From: Candidatus Latescibacterota bacterium
GTDB taxonomy: Bacteria > Latescibacterota > UBA2968 > GCA-2709665
Direction: 5' to 3'
NCBI GenBank assembly: GCA_965222075.1
Contig: OZ244937.1
Coordinates: 1,248,001-1,312,000 of the forward strand
DNA: 64,000 bases
Part shown: positions 59,154-64,000 of the stretch, piece after piece
Numbering within the stretch: position 1 is the first letter of the stretch
Layout: each line of letters opens with the position of its first letter
The notes under the pieces: generated by a model
The model's database searches: none
Seen by the model: the letters and a program-made list of their open reading frames with translations, nothing else
Told to the model about the DNA's origin: nothing
Program-made: the position numbers and the translations under genes

Positions 59154-61715
59154 GTGTCGATTTTTGTGGTTCCTTTTTCCCGTCTGAACCTCTTCGGGCT
59201 GGGGGAACAGGAGGCGTGCCTCTCCCGGGGGGCGGAGGTGATTGTGCGGGCGCTCCGGTTGTTGGAGACGCGGCAGGATTTCCACTTTCTGCTGGAGGAC
59301 CTGGCCCCCGTCGATTATTTCCTGAAGGCCCATCCGGAGGACCTGGAGCGGATCAGGGCGCAGATCGCCGAGGGCCGCCTGGAGGTGGGGGCGACGTGGA
59401 CGGGGATCGGTCAGAATCTGCAGATCGGTGAAGACCTGGTGCGCAATCTGCTCTACGGGAAGGGGTATGCTTCGGAGGTGCTGGGGGCCGATTCTCCAAC
59501 GGCTCACCTGGGAGATGCCCCTGGTTGGACGCCGCAGTATCCGCAGATTGCCCGGAAATGCGGCGTGACGCATGCGGTGTTTACGCGGTGCGGGCCCCGC
59601 GACAGGATGCTGTTCGCCTGGGAGGGGCTGGATGGGTCAAAGGTGCGGGTCTGGCACGCGCCTGGGGGTTGTGATCTGCTCTGGGATGCGGTGCGGGGAG
59701 AACCCGCAAAGCGCAGAAAGCGCAACCGGGAGATTGCAGCAACACGGGAACAGGTTGCAGGCCTGCTGCCGGTCCACTGGGGCGGGGCGTTGACCCAGAT
59801 GTCGGAAGAGGCCCTGGAGGACCTGGCCATGTGGGCGGAAGGGGAAGAGGTGGAGGTGATTCTGGGGACGCCAGGCGGTTATTTTCAGAGAGAGGACGCC
59901 GCCGGAGATCGGTCCGTGCTGAGCGGGGAGGCGCCGTCGGTGCAGCCGTTTGTAGAGTCGCTCTTTCCGGGGGTGACGCCGCACCATACCCCAGCAGTGC
60001 ACGGCCTGCTCCGGGCAGAACAGATGGCTGCAGCCGCGAACCTGATCTGCGGGTTTCCCTATCCGGGAGCGGCTTTGAAGGCGGCCTGGCTGTGGCAGCT
60101 TGAGGCGATGGAGACCCATTTTGACGGGGCCGGCGCAGGCGATGCCTTGGCGCGCAAACGGCGGCATCAGCAGATGGCCATCTGGACGGCAGAGGAGGTC
60201 TGCCGGGGGGCGGAACGGGCGGTTGCCGAGCGGGTGGCTGCCGGCGACGGGCCGCCGGGCACCCTCCCGCTTGTGGTGTTCAATCCGTTGTCGTGGACGC
60301 GAACGGATGTCGCGGAGGCCCAGGTGACCTTTTACGGGGAGGAGGATGCGACCGATTTCAGCCGATATGAGATGTATAAAATCGTCGATGCGTCCGGCGA
60401 GACGGTCCTGTTTCAGGAACTGGTGGGCGGGCAGACGGTGACGGCGGAGATGCGGTTGGTTTTTGTAGCGTCGGAGGTGCCGGCCAACGGGTACGCAACC
60501 TATTACCTGGTGCCGAACGTCCCGGAGTCGGCGCAGTTGGTGGGCATCCAGGCACGAGGGATGATGGCCCCGGAGTTTCCGGAGCCGCGGTTTGTGGTGG
60601 ACGATGTGGAAGACCGGGTGTCGGAGCCCTACCGGGGGGTGCGCATCGGGCGGCGGTTTACGAATACGTTTTACGGTTTGGAGGTGGATGAAATCACCGG
60701 GCGGGTGATCCTGACCGACCGGCGGCTGGACCGGGCGCTGATGGAGGGGATGCACCTGGTGGGGTGGGAGGAGTCGATGCGCGAAGGGCTGACCCAGTAC
60801 GATTATACCGGCCGGCGGTTCGAGATGGAGGTGGACCGGGTGGACCTGGAGGAGAGCGGCGAGGTGCGCGCCACGCTGCTGGTGGCCGGCCGTCTCCTGA
60901 CGTCGCCCTTTGAACTGCGGTTCCGGCTCTACGGGGCGCTGGATCGGGTGGATGTGGAGCTTCGGCTCCACTGGCAGGATACCAAGCCGGTCCGGGTGCA
61001 AATGGTGTTTCCGGTGGACCTGGAGAAGGCCGATGTTCGATACGGGGTGCCCTACGGGCACACTATGCCGGGGGGTATGATGCCAGGGTGCGAGCCCTAC
61101 CGGGAGGGTGACATGCAGGCGGGGACCTGGGGGAAGCAGCGGGAGTGCCAGGGGTGGATCGCTTTGGATTGGGAAAATGGAGGGGTGGTGCTGGCCGCCG
61201 ATCGGCGGGCGTTCGAGTTTGAGGGAGGGGATGTCCGGGGGGATGTCCTGCGGTCCTGCATTGATCCGGCTTCATACGCTTACAAGCGGGTCTGGCGCAC
61301 CTATCCGGAGGTGTGCGCCTGCCGGTATTCGATCCGGGGGTATGCAGGCGATTTTCGGACCGCCACAGCGCATCGGGACGGCTGGGCGTTGAACCAGGGG
61401 CTGCATGTGCGGAGTGTGTACGGTAGGGACTCGTCCAGGCACCTTCCCGACCGGCTTAGCTTCGTCCGGCTGGAAGGGCCGGGGCTGGTGACCACGGTAC
61501 TCAAACCTGCCGAAGATGGAGAGGGTTGTGTGCTGCGGGCCTTTGAGACGCTGGGGCAGCCCTGCGAGGCGCAGCTGACGGCCTGTTGTGAGATCTTATC
61601 GGCCAGGGAGGCCGATCTTCTGGAACGGCCAACGGGAAATCTGGACCCGGGGGCTGTCCGGTTCGATCCGTTTGAGATCAAGACCATCCGGCTTGTGCTG
61701 AGGAAGGCGCGATGA
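59154..61715 (+). CDS. GH38 alpha-mannosidase-like protein (divergent)
   Basis: EGRLEVG, GEDLVRN, GDAPG..QYPQI, FAWEGLDGS, VFNPLSWTR, VPANGY, LKPAEDG, PFEIKT. Confidence 0.75.
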   Translation: MSIFVVPFSRLNLFGLGEQEACLSRGAEVIVRALRLLETRQDFHFLLEDLAPVDYFLKAHPEDLERIRAQIAEGRLEVGATWTGIGQNLQIGEDLVRNLLYGKGYASEVLGADSPTAHLGDAPGWTPQYPQIARKCGVTHAVFTRCGPRDRMLFAWEGLDGSKVRVWHAPGGCDLLWDAVRGEPAKRRKRNREIAATREQVAGLLPVHWGGALTQMSEEALEDLAMWAEGEEVEVILGTPGGYFQREDAAGDRSVLSGEAPSVQPFVESLFPGVTPHHTPAVHGLLRAEQMAAAANLICGFPYPGAALKAAWLWQLEAMETHFDGAGAGDALARKRRHQQMAIWTAEEVCRGAERAVAERVAAGDGPPGTLPLVVFNPLSWTRTDVAEAQVTFYGEEDATDFSRYEMYKIVDASGETVLFQELVGGQTVTAEMRLVFVASEVPANGYATYYLVPNVPESAQLVGIQARGMMAPEFPEPRFVVDDVEDRVSEPYRGVRIGRRFTNTFYGLEVDEITGRVILTDRRLDRALMEGMHLVGWEESMREGLTQYDYTGRRFEMEVDRVDLEESGEVRATLLVAGRLLTSPFELRFRLYGALDRVDVELRLHWQDTKPVRVQMVFPVDLEKADVRYGVPYGHTMPGGMMPGCEPYREGDMQAGTWGKQRECQGWIALDWENGGVVLAADRRAFEFEGGDVRGDVLRSCIDPASYAYKRVWRTYPEVCACRYSIRGYAGDFRTATAHRDGWALNQGLHVRSVYGRDSSRHLPDRLSFVRLEGPGLVTTVLKPAEDGEGCVLRAFETLGQPCEAQLTACCEILSAREADLLERPTGNLDPGAVRFDPFEIKTIRLVLRKAR

Positions 61716-61773
61716 AGGCCAAATTGGAGGGCTGAGGACGTAGAGAAAACCAGGTATTTAAGGGAGGTATGGC

Positions 61774-62481
61774 ATGGCTCGGATTACGGTTCCGATTCGG
61801 TACTACAAGGACTATCGGGGGGGGTATGATTACGGGTATGAAGGTCTGACGGTCGAGTTGTCCGAGTGCGCCTTTCTGGTGGTGGATGTGGACGGGCGTA
61901 CGCCCAATCCGACCACGGAGAATTTTATTGCGCCGGCGCTGCAGGCAGCCCGTGGGGTGAGGCTGCGCATTGCCTATGTGCACAACGACCTGCGGCTGGT
62001 GGCCGATCCGGGCAATATTGTGGGCGAGGTGTGGGGGAAGACGAAGATGCCTGGTGGGAATGCCCTGGAGAGCTGGGCCAAGAGGAGGGAGTATACGCCG
62101 GAGTATCTGGATTGTGTGGCGCCCAGAGAGGGAGAACGGAATTTTCCAAAGTGGATCTGGAGCGGGTTTCACGATACGTTTCTGGATCAGCACTTGCGAA
62201 GCTGGGGTACCAGAACGCTTTTTGTGGTGGGGTACAGCCGACGGGCCTGTCTGCATTATACCTGCGCAGAGGCGGTTGGGCGGAATTACCGCGTGGTTCT
62301 GCTGCGGGATTGTTCCAATGCGCCGGGCACGATCGAGATGCCCGATACGCTGGATGACAGCCTGCCGGAGGGGGGGTGGATCAACCGGATTACGCTCCGG
62401 AATTTTGAACATCTGATCGGGTATACGACCACATCGGCGGAGTTTGTGGCGGCGTGCGTACGGCTGAAGGAAGGCGTATGA
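61774..62481 (+). CDS. Isochorismatase-family cysteine hydrolase
   Basis: FLVVD, K..WSGFHDT.LD..LR, VG...AC, YRVVLLRDC. Confidence 0.8.
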   Translation: MARITVPIRYYKDYRGGYDYGYEGLTVELSECAFLVVDVDGRTPNPTTENFIAPALQAARGVRLRIAYVHNDLRLVADPGNIVGEVWGKTKMPGGNALESWAKRREYTPEYLDCVAPREGERNFPKWIWSGFHDTFLDQHLRSWGTRTLFVVGYSRRACLHYTCAEAVGRNYRVVLLRDCSNAPGTIEMPDTLDDSLPEGGWINRITLRNFEHLIGYTTTSAEFVAACVRLKEGV

Positions 62482-63599
62482 AGATCCGGGATATCGATAC
62501 GATTCTGATTGACTCGCCCGGCCGGAAGTGGACGATTGTACGGGTTTTTACCGATGAGGGGCTGGTTGGGTTGGGGGAAGCGACCTATTCGAATAAAGAA
62601 CCGGTGGTGGTTTCTGCGGTTGAACATATAAAACAGGAACTGATTGGGGAGGATGCCTCGCGGATCGAGTATCTCTGGCATAAGATCTACCGGATTTCCT
62701 CGCTCAGCGGGATCTGGCGTATGGCAGGGCCGGTGTGGATGAGCGCGATAAGCGGCATCGATCAGGCGCTGTGGGATCTGAAGGGGAAGGTGGCGAATCT
62801 GCCGGTTGTGGAACTCCTGGGTGGGAAGTTTCGGGACCGCGTCCGGGTGTATACCCACTTTTCGGGCGCCACACCCGAAGCGTCGGCCAGGCATGCAAAA
62901 CGCCTGGTGGAGCAGGGGTACACGGCGCTCAAGTCGGGGGCCGGGACGAGCGATGGGTACAGGTTTGACCTGTACAGGGAGGACGGCGCGCCTCAGGAGA
63001 CCGCAGCGCGTTATGCGGCGGTGCGGGAAGCGGTGGGGCCCGATGTGAAGCTGCTGGTGGACTGTCACGGGCGCTTCACGGTGGGAGGCGCGGTTCGTCT
63101 GGCCAGAGCGCTGGAGCCTTATGATCTGTACTGTTTTGAAGATCCTGTGGCTCCCGAAGATCTCAGCGCCTATCCCAAAGTGCGCCGGGAGACGTCCATT
63201 CCGATTATGGGCAGCGAGCGGCTCAATACCAAGACGCAGTTCCGACAACTCTTAGAGCTGGACGGGATCGACATCGCCCAGCCCGACCTGATCTATGCCG
63301 GGGGGATTACCGAGGTGCGGAAGATCGCGGCATTTGCGGATAGCTTCCACGTGCCGATCTCTTTTCACAATACCAAGGGGCCGGTGGGGATTCTCGCGGC
63401 TGCGCACCTGGGCGCTTCTATTCCCAATGAGGCGCCGATGGAGTTTGTGACCGGGATCGATTGGCGGGATGAGATTCTCACGGAGCCGCTGAAGGTTGAG
63501 GGTAGCTGCCTGGTGCTGCCGGACGGGCCGGGGTTCGGGGTGGAGCTGGATATGGACGGGGTGGAGAAGCACCGGTGGCGGGTGGGCGATCCGAGGTAG
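62478..63599 (+). CDS. Mandelate racemase/galactonate dehydratase-like enolase superfamily enzyme
   Basis: TDEGLVGLGE, SGIDQALWDLKGK, VDCHG, FEDP, SER, QPD..GGITE, GPGFG. Confidence 0.9.
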   Translation: MKIRDIDTILIDSPGRKWTIVRVFTDEGLVGLGEATYSNKEPVVVSAVEHIKQELIGEDASRIEYLWHKIYRISSLSGIWRMAGPVWMSAISGIDQALWDLKGKVANLPVVELLGGKFRDRVRVYTHFSGATPEASARHAKRLVEQGYTALKSGAGTSDGYRFDLYREDGAPQETAARYAAVREAVGPDVKLLVDCHGRFTVGGAVRLARALEPYDLYCFEDPVAPEDLSAYPKVRRETSIPIMGSERLNTKTQFRQLLELDGIDIAQPDLIYAGGITEVRKIAAFADSFHVPISFHNTKGPVGILAAAHLGASIPNEAPMEFVTGIDWRDEILTEPLKVEGSCLVLPDGPGFGVELDMDGVEKHRWRVGDPR

Positions 63600-63624
63600 G
63601 AACGGCCGACACACAGAGCATGCC

Positions 63625-64000
63625 ATGCTGGATATTCTGATTCGAGATGCCACGATAATCGATGGTACCGGTGGCCCTCCCCGGGCGGGCGACGTGGGGA
63701 TTGAAGGAGACAGGATCGCCTGTGTGGGGGAGGCAGGGGAGGGGGCGCGGCGGGAGATCGATGCAGCGGGGTTGACGGTTGCGCCGGGGTTTATCGATAT
63801 TCATACGCATTCGGATTTCAGCCTGTTGATCGATGGGCGAGCCCAGAGCGCGGTCTACCAGGGGGTGACCACCCAGATCAACGGGAATTGCGGGATCTCG
63901 GCGTTTCCGGTGGGCGCAGAGGGCGCGTACCTGGGGCCGTTCGAGTCGGCGCGGCTCAGGCGGGCGGTTGTTCCGGACTGGGAATCGGCGGACGGGTATT
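63625..64000 (+). CDS. N-acyl-D-amino-acid deacylase (3'-partial)
   Basis: MLDILIRDATIIDGTG, APGFIDIHTHSD, QGVTT..GNCG. Confidence 0.9.
   Translation, partial: MLDILIRDATIIDGTGGPPRAGDVGIEGDRIACVGEAGEGARREIDAAGLTVAPGFIDIHTHSDFSLLIDGRAQSAVYQGVTTQINGNCGISAFPVGAEGAYLGPFESARLRRAVVPDWESADGY

Overview
GC-rich bacterial chromosome segment from a diderm (lptC/lptA/lptB, rpoN). The gene style suggests an FCB-related lineage such as Latescibacterota, but that is inference only. Left part (1-28.8 kb): ABC transporter genes, amrS radical SAM, a carbohydrate/redox cluster, an FAD-linked oxidase, acyP, apt, tRNA-Arg(CCT), ruvX-mltG-pcrA and gatC-pyrG-lptC-lptA-lptB-rpoN. Middle (28.9-45.6 kb): a type I restriction-modification defence island with cargo (YhcG nuclease, HEPN-motif DUF4209, DUF4062-RecG-like, ABC-ATPase + PIN pair, M48 protease). 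It carries many gene relics, and diverged copies of the hsdM 3' end, the hsdR 5' end and a winged-helix module form direct repeats around the cargo. Right part (45.6-64 kb): metabolic and transport genes plus a ~490-nt promoter-to-terminator structured region (52.85-53.34 kb). That region holds a duplicated 'SD-ATG-hairpin' unit with a compensatory base-pair change and is the best candidate for an undescribed RNA or micropeptide element. All calls come from reading motifs by eye; no searches were run.
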